Shown here in pieces: positions 28,025-37,236 of a DNA stretch of 37,472 nucleotides. The stretch lies in the NCBI GenBank assembly GCA_903892035.1, contig CAITGV010000003.1, positions 1 through 37,472 of the forward strand, in the 5' to 3' direction. Each line of letters opens with the position of its first letter. Within the stretch, counting starts at the first letter, position 1. Source of the stretch: an uncultured bacterium. Its GTDB lineage: Bacteria; Patescibacteriota; Minisyncoccia; Phycocordibacterales; UBA9973. A model generated the notes under the pieces. It did no database searches, was not told the DNA's origin, and was given only the letters and a program-made list of their open reading frames with translations. Made by a program: the position numbers and the translations under genes.

Positions 28025-29074
28025 ATGACGAAGAAGCACGCTTTCTATTTATTGTTAATGATGATAATTGGTGTCGGTTTTGGTTCATTTTTGTGGACTG
28101 GTATTTCGCATGGAGCAATATTTTTAGATAGAATGAAAAACAATGAAGTTATTAGCTCAGAAATTCCTGTAGAAAATATTTTACCCAAAAAAGATGAAAA
28201 TAAAGAAACTACATTAACATTTGTCGGTGACATAATGCTCGACCGCGGTGTAGCATATTCTGTAAAAAATAATTTTGGAGGTGATTATTCACAGCTTTTT
28301 GCAAACATTTCTCCCCTCGCAAAAAGTGACATACTTTTTGCCAATCTCGAAGGACCAGCTTCCGACGTTGGAGTCGACGCTCACAATTTATATTCATTTC
28401 GAATGACACCCGAAGCACCACAAATTTTAAAAAATGCAGGTTTTAACATTGTTTCTTTTGCCAACAATCACGTCGGTGACTGGGGACGACCGGCATTTGA
28501 AGATACAATGGCACGAATGAAAACTGCAGGACTCCTTTTCACAGGAGCTGGTATGAATAAAAGTGAAGCAGAAACTCCGACGATAATTATTCACAATGGA
28601 GTAAAATTTGGTTTTCTTGGTTTTACAGATATTGATCCGAGCAACTTTGGTGCTACGGACACTTCTTCGGGAATTCTACTTGCAAGTGATCCAGACTATT
28701 CAAATATAATTTCAAATGCATCAAAACAAGTAGATGTGCTCATCGTATCAATGCACTGGGGTGAAGAATATAAAGAGCATACAGAAAGACAGACGATGCT
28801 TGGGCATATGGCGATAGATGCTGGAGCAAAGCTCGTAATTGGTATGCATCCACACGTGATACAGCAAACAGAAGAATATAAAAATGGCTATATTGCATAT
28901 AGCCTTGGAAACTTTATTTTTGATTTAAATTTTTCAAAAGAAACAATGCACGGTCTAGCACTCACTGTCACAATGAATGGAACCAACATCGACCACGTAG
29001 AAAAATCCCTCGTCACTTCAAATAAATACTTCCAACCGGAAACCATCGAACCCTATACAAATACAACCCACTAA
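28025..29074 (+). CDS. CapA/PgsA-family metallophosphoesterase-fold protein
   Basis: FVGDIMLDRGV, ANLEGP, SFANNH, SMHWGEEY, GMHPHV and YSLGNFIFD motifs. Confidence 0.92.
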   Translation: MTKKHAFYLLLMMIIGVGFGSFLWTGISHGAIFLDRMKNNEVISSEIPVENILPKKDENKETTLTFVGDIMLDRGVAYSVKNNFGGDYSQLFANISPLAKSDILFANLEGPASDVGVDAHNLYSFRMTPEAPQILKNAGFNIVSFANNHVGDWGRPAFEDTMARMKTAGLLFTGAGMNKSEAETPTIIIHNGVKFGFLGFTDIDPSNFGATDTSSGILLASDPDYSNIISNASKQVDVLIVSMHWGEEYKEHTERQTMLGHMAIDAGAKLVIGMHPHVIQQTEEYKNGYIAYSLGNFIFDLNFSKETMHGLALTVTMNGTNIDHVEKSLVTSNKYFQPETIEPYTNTTH

Positions 29075-29185
29075 ATAACCTATCGTTCATGATAGGCACC
29101 TGTAGACGGCCCCCCATCAAGGGGACTTTAAAAGCTAAGCAGTTTCCCTTCCTTGATAAGGGAAGGGTTAGGGATGGGTTGTATT
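29060..29185. repeat. REP/MITE-like element between convergent genes
   Basis: Terminal repeats aatacaaccca (inside the capA 3' end) and tgggttgtatt (touching the smc stop codon). Confidence 0.8.
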
Positions 29186-31452
29186 TATTTCGCAATCTGC
29201 ACCGCCTCATCAAGCTTGATTGACAGAAGTTTGGACCCTCCATCGGCACCGATGGTGATACCGTAGAGGATGTTTGCGCGTGACATAGTCTCACGGTTGT
29301 GGGTGACGACGATGAGCTGAGAATATTTTGAAAGGTTTTCAAGCATATCGCCATATTTGCGAGAGTTTGATTCGTCGAGCGCAGCGTCGGTCTCATCGAG
29401 CACGAGAAATGGCGGAGGGTTTACCTGTGAGATAGCAAACAGTAGCGCTATGGAGGTAAGCGAACGCTCACCACCGGAAAGCATATGTAAATCTTTTACC
29501 TTTTTATGAGGAAGCGAAACGTTGATTTCAATTCCCCTTTCAAATTGCAATTCTGCATCTTCGTCGACTTCAGAGTCTTCGTCTTCCGTCATATTTGGAC
29601 GCTTGTGTTCAACGACGACAGAAAGAAAAGCACTTCCCCCGCCAAACATAAGAGAGAAAAATTCTTGAAATTGTTTATTAATTTTTTCTACTCCAGTTTT
29701 GAAATCCATATCAAGATTTGATTTCAATTCACGAATTAAAATTTGAAGTGACGAAATGCTTGCTTTTATGTCTTCTACTTCATGCGCAAGAAAAGCATCG
29801 CGCGCAACTGCTTCATCGTGCTCTTTTATGAGCTCTCCTCCGCTTCCTCCTAAGTCTTCAAGTTTAATTTTTATTCTTTCAATTTTTCTTCGCAAATCTT
29901 GTTGAATTATTTCTACATTTACTCCCTCTGCATCAGAAAAATTTTCCACAAATACGCATGACTCTGGGCCTGAGAGCACACTCGCCTCTTTGAGTTCATT
30001 GTCGAAGTCAAAACGTGCCTTATTTATTGCTTCATCTTCTAGTGAAAGAATTTGAAGTTTTGATGAAAGCTCATTTTTCTTGGCTTTCACTTCATACAAA
30101 GCTCTCTCTGCATCACGCATTTTATATGCTTGTTCGTCAGCTTGCGCACGAATTTTTTCTATTTCTTCACGAGTTTTATTTTCATCTTCTTCAATTTTTA
30201 CAAGTTCGGCAGTCAATGCATCTTTTGCAGAAATATATTCTTGCATTTTTTCCTGATTATTATTTGTATCATTATTTTCTACAATTCTTTCACTGCGATT
30301 TTTCTTTGCTGATACAAAAGTATCAAGATTCTCTTTCATTGAATTTAAAGAATAGTGAATTACTGCCACATTGTCTTCCATAAGAGCACTTTCAATTAAC
30401 ACTGTAAGTTCTTCGAAAAGAACTTCCACTTCTTCAAATGGTACAGCTTGTGACTTAATTTCTGCTGGTGCACTTTCTTTTTGATTTGAAAGAGCTTCGA
30501 GCATTCCTTCTAGGCGACCAATTTTTCTCCCTATTTCATCTTTTACAGAACGCAAAGAGTAAAGTGTTCGCTCGTGATTTGCAATCTCATTATTGAAAGA
30601 ATTTTTTAATGCTTGGGAATTGTCATCTTGATATTCATTTAATTTTTGCTCAATCTCAAGGAGTGCATCTTGGATAGTTTTTTTCTGCTGAGAAAGTTCC
30701 AAACTTTTTGTTTTTATGCGTGTAGCTTCACGAGAAAAATATTCACGATAATAGTCTTTGAGTTCAAGGCGCATGCCACGAGCTTTTTCAAATTTTTCTA
30801 CCTGCTTTTTCAAAAAAGTAATATGCGGAGCAATTTCTCGACGAAGTGATTCTACTTCTTTTAAATTTGCTGTAGTTTTTTCCAATTTTCTTTCACTTTC
30901 TTTTATTTTATATTGATAAACTTTAAGTCCCAAAGCGTCTTCTATCATCACACGACGGTCTTTTACTGAAGCATTCAATACTCGGTCTGCTTCACCTTGT
31001 GAAATGATATGGTGACTCGAACTACCAATATTTACTGACGCCAGAAGTTCCATAATGTCTTTCAATCGAACTTCTGTGCCATTTATCTGATACACATTTT
31101 TTCCATCACTATATACTTCGCGAGAAATTGTAATTTCATCATAATCTAAATGTACATCTTTTAGTCCTCCAGAAAAAGAAAAAACTTTTTTGCTATTGTC
31201 GAAAGACATTGATACTGATGCACGCGAAAGAGCACTCAAATGTTTTGAGCCTTTAAAGATGAGGTCTACTCCGCCTTTTCCGCGAAGTGATTTCATCGAC
31301 TGCTCTCCGAGCACAAATCGTATTGATTCAACAATATTTGATTTACCAGAACCATTTGGACCCACTACAGAAGTGATAGGGCTATTGAAAACCAAAGGTG
31401 TTTTCTTTGCGAATGATTTAAAACCGTTTAATGTAAGACTTTTTAAATACAT
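29185..31452 (-). CDS. smc: Short SMC-family ATPase
   Basis: Walker A GPNGSGKSN, Q-loop IISQG, LSGGERS signature, Walker B FLVLDETDAALD; downstream of rnc. Confidence 0.88.
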   Translation of the reverse strand: MYLKSLTLNGFKSFAKKTPLVFNSPITSVVGPNGSGKSNIVESIRFVLGEQSMKSLRGKGGVDLIFKGSKHLSALSRASVSMSFDNSKKVFSFSGGLKDVHLDYDEITISREVYSDGKNVYQINGTEVRLKDIMELLASVNIGSSSHHIISQGEADRVLNASVKDRRVMIEDALGLKVYQYKIKESERKLEKTTANLKEVESLRREIAPHITFLKKQVEKFEKARGMRLELKDYYREYFSREATRIKTKSLELSQQKKTIQDALLEIEQKLNEYQDDNSQALKNSFNNEIANHERTLYSLRSVKDEIGRKIGRLEGMLEALSNQKESAPAEIKSQAVPFEEVEVLFEELTVLIESALMEDNVAVIHYSLNSMKENLDTFVSAKKNRSERIVENNDTNNNQEKMQEYISAKDALTAELVKIEEDENKTREEIEKIRAQADEQAYKMRDAERALYEVKAKKNELSSKLQILSLEDEAINKARFDFDNELKEASVLSGPESCVFVENFSDAEGVNVEIIQQDLRRKIERIKIKLEDLGGSGGELIKEHDEAVARDAFLAHEVEDIKASISSLQILIRELKSNLDMDFKTGVEKINKQFQEFFSLMFGGGSAFLSVVVEHKRPNMTEDEDSEVDEDAELQFERGIEINVSLPHKKVKDLHMLSGGERSLTSIALLFAISQVNPPPFLVLDETDAALDESNSRKYGDMLENLSKYSQLIVVTHNRETMSRANILYGITIGADGGSKLLSIKLDEAVQIAK

Positions 31453-31453
31453 A

Positions 31454-32149
31454 TTATTCTAGCCAATTTTTTTTCTTAATCGCAGAAGCTGCTGCACTTT
31501 GTTCGGCTTCTTGTTTGCTTTTGCCTTTACCTTCACCCGCAAGCTCTCCACCAAAATAAATTCCTACTGTGAAATGTTTGTCGTGGTCAGGACCAGTTTC
31601 TGAAATAACTTTATATGCTGGAGTAATACTCAAATATTCTTGGGCTTTTTCTTGCACAAAACTTTTCGCATCGCGCCACAATTTATTTTTTACAATTTCA
31701 TCGATTTTTCCAAAAAGAGTCGAAGCTACAAATTTCTCTGCAATTTTGTAACCCTGATCGAGGTAAACTGCCCCAAGAAATGCTTCGTAAGTATTTGCAA
31801 GTATGTATTGGCGGGCTTTGCCCATATCCTTGGCTTCACCTTTTGAAAGTAGTAGAAATTCATTCATTCCGAGAGTACTTGCGACTTCAGCAATTGTCAC
31901 AGCATTTACAAGAGCTGCGCGAAATGAAGTCAGGTCACCTTCTGTGCGATCTGGATATTTATTGTATAAATAATCTGTGATAACGAGTTCTAAAACGGCG
32001 TCACCCAAAAATTCTAAACGTTCATTGTGACCAGACCCTAGTTTTGGATTTTCATTTATATATGAACGATGAGTAAAAGCTTGCTCAAGTAAAAGCTTTT
32101 CTTTAAATACTATCTTTGTTTGTTTTTCGAATTTTGAAAAGTCTATCAT
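31454..32149 (-). CDS. rnc: Ribonuclease III
   Basis: HNERLEFLGDAVL signature and C-terminal dsRNA-binding domain. Confidence 0.98.
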   Translation of the reverse strand: MIDFSKFEKQTKIVFKEKLLLEQAFTHRSYINENPKLGSGHNERLEFLGDAVLELVITDYLYNKYPDRTEGDLTSFRAALVNAVTIAEVASTLGMNEFLLLSKGEAKDMGKARQYILANTYEAFLGAVYLDQGYKIAEKFVASTLFGKIDEIVKNKLWRDAKSFVQEKAQEYLSITPAYKVISETGPDHDKHFTVGIYFGGELAGEGKGKSKQEAEQSAAASAIKKKNWLE

Positions 32150-32156
32150 TTCGAGA

Positions 32157-33053
32157 TTATTTACTAATTATTTCTATAGCTTTTGTAATAAGTGAAAGCA
32201 CATCGTCGTAAATTTTCAATTCTGCAACTTCTGCAAGTGTAAACCAGCGGGCATCGTCGAGTCCGCCAGAAACTTCCAATTGAAGTGGTTCGTACTTTGC
32301 TTCAGCCAAGAAAAAAGTAACTTGTTTACGAATTTTCCCATCTGTTGGGTGCTTGGCAATGTATTCGCTTTCACCAAGTTTTTCTTTAATCACAATATCA
32401 ATACCAATTTCTTTTTTTAATTCTCGTACTGCACCCATCTCGGCATCTTCACCTTCCTCAATTCCCCCTTTTGAAAGCGTCCAGTAGCCAAAAACATCAT
32501 GCACAAATGCTAGATAAATTTCTCCTTCGTGCTTCGCATATACTACTGCACCTGCCTTTTTTTCAATAGGTAATGATTCTAAATCAAGAGGTTCGTCGGC
32601 CATTTGTCTTTTACTTTTTTCATCTTTGCCCGGCTCGCCAAGCTCTTTGTAAACTGCACCGAGAACCCCATTTACAAATTTACCACTTGTCTCACCGCCA
32701 AAACTTTTTGCCAATTCGATAGCTTCATTGATTGCAACTTTTGGAGGAACTTGTGTGCGATCACCAAAAAGTAATTCAGCCAAACCCATGCGCAAAATAT
32801 TCCTGTCTACAACAGAAATTTTTTCAACAGGCCATTCTGGCGCTGCTTTTGTGATAATTTCATCTACAATATTTATTTTTGTGACCACTAGATGCGCCAA
32901 CTCTTTAATAAAGATTTCATCATCAAGACCAGGACCAAATTCACTTTGGTTGCGGTCGATTATCTCATCGATAATGCCGTCTATCTTGCCACGGAAATCC
33001 CACTCAAAGAGCGATTGCAATGCTATTGACCTGGAAAGGTGCCGATTTGCCAT
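32157..33053 (-). CDS. nusB: NusB fused to a C-terminal NUDIX domain
   Basis: N-terminal RHLSR..ALQSLF, VDRNILR, INEAIELAKSFG and KFVNGVL; C-terminal WTLSKGGIEEGE..GAVRELKKEIG. Confidence 0.93.
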   Translation of the reverse strand: MANRHLSRSIALQSLFEWDFRGKIDGIIDEIIDRNQSEFGPGLDDEIFIKELAHLVVTKINIVDEIITKAAPEWPVEKISVVDRNILRMGLAELLFGDRTQVPPKVAINEAIELAKSFGGETSGKFVNGVLGAVYKELGEPGKDEKSKRQMADEPLDLESLPIEKKAGAVVYAKHEGEIYLAFVHDVFGYWTLSKGGIEEGEDAEMGAVRELKKEIGIDIVIKEKLGESEYIAKHPTDGKIRKQVTFFLAEAKYEPLQLEVSGGLDDARWFTLAEVAELKIYDDVLSLITKAIEIISK

Positions 33054-33092
33054 AATGTCTTTTAAAGCCCAAATTTTTTGAGCTGTTAACTA

Positions 33093-33341
33093 TTATTTAG
33101 ACTCCTCTTTTTTGCCTTCTTTCTTTGCAGTCTTTGCTTTGATTTTACTCTGTTTCTTTTCTACTTTCTTAACCAAATCAATGACTTTTCTTCCACGGTA
33201 CATGCCACATTTCTCACACACTGTATGTGAAATATGCATCTCTCCGCAGTTACTGCACTTCGAAAGATTCTTTGCCTTTAGGGCGTGATGAGAACGTCTA
33301 TTTGCCGTATGAGAACGGGTATGTCGCATTCGTATAACCAT
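33093..33341 (-). CDS. rpmF: 50S ribosomal protein L32
   Basis: RRSHHAL, CSNCGE..SHTVCEKCGMYRGR. Confidence 0.96.
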   Translation of the reverse strand: MVIRMRHTRSHTANRRSHHALKAKNLSKCSNCGEMHISHTVCEKCGMYRGRKVIDLVKKVEKKQSKIKAKTAKKEGKKEESK

Positions 33342-33391
33342 AGACAATAGTATAGCTATTTTTCACAAAAAAGCAAATGGTGGATAAAAAT

Positions 33392-33685
33392 GAGTCCCTC
33401 TTAAACAAGGCTCGAACTTACTTTAGCAAAAATTCGTAAGAGTACAAACTCTAGCTAAGTGGTACGCTCCACGACCGTCGTTCATCCGAGTTCATACTAC
33501 GCTCGCACTCTGTGCCAAATCTGTCGCCCGCTTCCGATTGAGTACAATCGCCTACTGGGTCAATCGGGAGTACCCTCACGATGTCCGCCCTGTCACGGAT
33601 ATTTTTCTGCTGAAAAATTCCGCGACCCCGACTCGGCTCGTCAGCCTCCGTCTCTAAAACGCTCCGAGCACTCGCGTTTTAGCCC
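33392..33685 (+). repeat. Left long inverted repeat of island 2
   Basis: 33423-33685 matches the reverse complement of 37237-37472. Begins gagt-N14-gctcgaacttacttta, like the island 1 arms. Confidence 0.93.
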
Positions 33686-33905
33686 TCGCCATCCCCACTC
33701 CACGTTTTGCATATGAGAGTAAGTGGTGTCGCTTTCGCTTCTGTACTTCAGTGACTTCGACAACGTCGGCGCTCATCCGTTCGCCATGGACGCTCCTAGC
33801 GGAAATGTCCGAGGCGGAGATGCGAATGCTTGCCCCAGTCTCCGCTTGAGTACAAGCGGAGACTCCCACCCGTGCGCGCAGGCAGGTGCCTCCCTTATTT
33901 TAAAA

Positions 33906-34379
33906 CTAGATTTTAGAATACGAAACCCCTTCTCCAGTCTTTGAATTCTGTTTGATTTTGTTTTCCTTTTTTAGTATCTCTAAATATCGAGTTGCGGTTG
34001 CATCAGATGCATGCAAAAGTTTCTCGACTTCGTCGTTTGTGATACTTGTTCGCTTCGCGAACAAGGTCATGAGTAAATCAAGTTTCTTTTGTTTCCGAGA
34101 CTGGATAGCACTTCTCGCTTTTGCGAGAAGTGAGCGGGCAAGATCGCGGGGAGAGATACTTGAAGACTGCGGAGGCTTCGCCTCCGCAGTTGGTTGAGGT
34201 TGAGATACTGGTTCGCCTAACGGCTCACTGACTGGAGCAAACGGCTCATTTACGCCCACTTGAGCCGTTTCGGTTGTAGGAGTTGGAATGGATTCAGGAG
34301 GAGAAATTGGGTCGGAGACTGCGCCTGACGGCACAGTTGAGGGAGAGGTTTGTGGGGCTTGGGATTGGTCTGGGGGCAT
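33906..34379 (-). CDS. Pro-rich protein with C-terminal winged helix-turn-helix
   Basis: ITNDEVEKLLHASDATATRYLEILKKENKI is a DeoR-like HTH; the N-terminus is low-complexity. Confidence 0.75.
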   Translation of the reverse strand: MPPDQSQAPQTSPSTVPSGAVSDPISPPESIPTPTTETAQVGVNEPFAPVSEPLGEPVSQPQPTAEAKPPQSSSISPRDLARSLLAKARSAIQSRKQKKLDLLMTLFAKRTSITNDEVEKLLHASDATATRYLEILKKENKIKQNSKTGEGVSYSKI

Positions 34380-34471
34380 AGGTAGAGTATATCAAAGTTA
34401 ATATATTAGAAAAAGAAAAAGCTCGAACATTTCTGTCCGAGCTTAATTTTTTGATTAAAGATTTATGTTTA

Positions 34472-35380
34472 TTAAATCTTTTTGTTTACCCACCACTTCA
34501 CTGTAGCTAGTGAAGCTTTTCTTCGATTAATCATTGTAGGTATGCCGAATCGAATTAATATAAACGAGACGACAACTTCAAGAATAGTATAAATCCATAT
34601 GCCCAAAGGTGAGCGAAAACCCGATATCCCATTTCTGTCTCTTAAACATAATCCATATGGCGTTTTCCAAACATCGAATTCATTATTGGATAAATAACCA
34701 TTATCTAAATCAATCGTTTGATCAACTCTCTCAACAAATAAATCTTGTTTAAGATTATTCCTTGAAAATAGTGACACGATAAAGTCATTACCCGTTAGAC
34801 TTTTTACAGTATCAAATCCATTAGATACTTTACTTATTTCACCTCTACTACCTGAGAAAAAGTTTAAATTGTTAATATAGAGAAAACTCAAAGGTAACAA
34901 GCACAACATGATTCCAATCAGTCTAACTGGAATGGTTGAGTTTCTTGCTTTAAAGATTCCGTCATTAAACAATTGTTTTCCTCTGTTGAATAAAAGAAAG
35001 CTAAAGTACCAAACCGTACCGACTGATAATGCTAGTAGTCCGTAAGATTTACTACTCAAGTACATTTCTCGCATATCAACGCCTTTTATTTTGGCAATGA
35101 TAAACAGAGTTGCAATACCAAGACTTGCCATACCGATAAAAATACCAGTGAGGCTACACATCAGGAATGCGGAATTTCTTCCAATTCCTTTTTCCATTTT
35201 TACAATTTCATTATTGACTACATCTGCCATAAGAGCAGAGCCAATAGCAAAAGTGATTACAAGACCGCATGCAGCGATATTGCTTAGTAAGTTTGACAGG
35301 GCAATGTTTCCTACTACGAAGGAAGAAATGCCAACGATCATTGTGATCGCGAATACGATGAGAACAATTTTACTTTTCAT
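34472..35380 (-). CDS. Hypothetical multi-pass membrane protein
   Basis: 302 aa with about six hydrophobic segments. Confidence 0.75.
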   Translation of the reverse strand: MKSKIVLIVFAITMIVGISSFVVGNIALSNLLSNIAACGLVITFAIGSALMADVVNNEIVKMEKGIGRNSAFLMCSLTGIFIGMASLGIATLFIIAKIKGVDMREMYLSSKSYGLLALSVGTVWYFSFLLFNRGKQLFNDGIFKARNSTIPVRLIGIMLCLLPLSFLYINNLNFFSGSRGEISKVSNGFDTVKSLTGNDFIVSLFSRNNLKQDLFVERVDQTIDLDNGYLSNNEFDVWKTPYGLCLRDRNGISGFRSPLGIWIYTILEVVVSFILIRFGIPTMINRRKASLATVKWWVNKKI

Positions 35381-35510
35381 TTTTTTTTACTTATTTAATT
35401 ATTATTAGTTTATTTAATTACGTTACTTTATGCTCCGCTTGGAAGGACAAAGTAACGTAATTAACTACCAATAAAAACAGTATTTTCAAAGAACCCTTAT
35501 ACTTACTTAT

Positions 35511-35540
35511 ATTATAGCATATATAAGGCATAAAAGTCAA
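35511..35540 (-). promoter_or_regulatory. Sigma70 promoter of the 302 aa membrane protein gene
   Basis: TTGACT, 18-nt spacer, TATAAT with a TG extension. Confidence 0.65.
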
Positions 35541-35544
35541 TAGT

Positions 35545-35584
35545 AAAGCAAAAGTACCTTGTATTTACAAGGTACTTTTGCTTT
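35545..35584. terminator. Intrinsic terminator after the coiled-coil gene
   Basis: 19-bp perfect inverted repeat aaagcaaaagtaccttgta/tacaaggtacttttgcttt. Confidence 0.8.
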
Positions 35585-35633
35585 CTAAGTGACTTGGAGC
35601 TGTGCTTAGTACTACTAATATGTAATTTTAAGA

Positions 35634-37109
35634 TTATTTCTTCTTTGAAACCTCGATAATCACTTTTTGTGCTTCTTCAAATTTTTTCTTTGCTTTATTG
35701 TATATATCAAGTATTTCTTGCTTTTCTTTTGAAAACTCTCTTGTTTTAACTTGTTCTATATAAGTCTCTAATTTTTGTACCAACTCGCCAATCGTTATGT
35801 CATTTTGAACTCCGCCAATTTTCTCAAACTTTTTAGTTAAAAGATTTTCTTCATAGCCTGGAATTTCCCTTATCAACTTTTCAACACCTGACAAGTCTTT
35901 GGAAAGACTTTCTTTCTCTTTATAGAACTTCTCAGCATTTTCCTTATCTTCAAAACGAGCAATTTGTCCTTCTAAATATTCCTTACGACTGTTCCATTTT
36001 TTCTTTCCAAATATACCACCTAGTGTACCAGGCTCATTTTTTAGATGTTCTTCAAGTTCTTTGCTAACTTCAGTCCATTTTTTTCTATCTTCCGTTGACA
36101 AAAAATTTCGTGAAGTTTCTCCCCAACTTTTTTGAGCCTTTTCATATGCTTCATGCTGAGACATTGGCATAATTTCGTAATCATTTGTCCACAGCTTTTC
36201 TTCGCTATCTTTTATTCCTTTTTTGAAGTCAGGCAGATTTAAGGACAAATAAATTATATCCTTTTTCTCTTTTTCAATAGAATTCTTTTCGGTTTCAAGC
36301 GCGCCGAGTGCATTGTAGTTACCAACAGTGTCGCCAAACGTATTACGAGTATTTGCCAGTATAACAGTCATTTCTATTTGTGGTTCAACAAAATTACGCA
36401 GAAGTTTTTTTGTTTCTTCATTAAGTCCGCGAGGATCCTTATCTATGATTTTCAACACAGACTCTTTAAGAAGCTCTGTTATTTCTTCAGGGGAATTTTG
36501 CTGCAATACTCTTTTTAACTTATCAAAATATATGTTACCGCTCTCCCATGTTCCTTTCTTGAATTTATCTACATCCACGTAACCATAGCTAACTTGTAAC
36601 AGCTCTTTCTCTATCGCTTGTCTTTTTTCTTCATGAGCCTTTTCTTTGCCCTCTTTTGTTTGCGAAAAAAGTTCGTTAACTTGCTTTTCTTTTTCAGGAA
36701 TAGAAGTTTCAAGACTTTTTATTTCTTCATTTAAATTACTTACTTCTTCTTGCAGATTTTTCCACTCTGTTTTTTCACTAGAAAAAACTTCGTCAAAACC
36801 TTCTTTGGTGTGCAAAATCTTCTCAACTTCTTCGTCTTGGCGAGCTTCTTCAACTGCTTTGTGTCCTGTTTTAATAATACCTCCTCGTTGTGATTTTATT
36901 TCAGTTAAACGTTTCAAAATTTCATCTTTGCGCGTCAATAGACCAGAAAGAGCTTGTTTTTCGGTGTTGTATTCAGCAACTCTTTGTATTTCGGCTTCTG
37001 CTTCACTCGTCTGTCTCTGATTTTTCTCATTTTGGCGCTTTTCTTGCTCCTTTTGCTTAAGGGCTTTAATCTTGGCAAGGCCTGATTCATTTTGAGTCAC
37101 ATTTTCCAT
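35634..37109 (-). CDS. Hypothetical Glu/Lys-rich coiled-coil protein
   Basis: Long ORF. Start placed at ATG 37109, downstream of TTGCAA-17-TACAAT (37148-37120). Confidence 0.8.
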   Translation of the reverse strand: MENVTQNESGLAKIKALKQKEQEKRQNEKNQRQTSEAEAEIQRVAEYNTEKQALSGLLTRKDEILKRLTEIKSQRGGIIKTGHKAVEEARQDEEVEKILHTKEGFDEVFSSEKTEWKNLQEEVSNLNEEIKSLETSIPEKEKQVNELFSQTKEGKEKAHEEKRQAIEKELLQVSYGYVDVDKFKKGTWESGNIYFDKLKRVLQQNSPEEITELLKESVLKIIDKDPRGLNEETKKLLRNFVEPQIEMTVILANTRNTFGDTVGNYNALGALETEKNSIEKEKKDIIYLSLNLPDFKKGIKDSEEKLWTNDYEIMPMSQHEAYEKAQKSWGETSRNFLSTEDRKKWTEVSKELEEHLKNEPGTLGGIFGKKKWNSRKEYLEGQIARFEDKENAEKFYKEKESLSKDLSGVEKLIREIPGYEENLLTKKFEKIGGVQNDITIGELVQKLETYIEQVKTREFSKEKQEILDIYNKAKKKFEEAQKVIIEVSKKK

Positions 37110-37236
37110 AGATGCCGAAATTGTAGCATTTTCCAAAATGTGTTGCAATTTTTTATCCACCGCCCGCCCCTCCCGCATCGCCCATACGAATCAAAAAGAA
37201 ATCCCGCCGACTCAAAGAAGAATGGAAAAGCGATGC

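Noticed and set aside
34421-34442. gctcgaac motif resembling an arm terminus
   Set aside because: Lacks the G(A/T)GT at -14 and the downstream arm sequence. It forms the stem of a terminator-like hairpin after the membrane protein gene.
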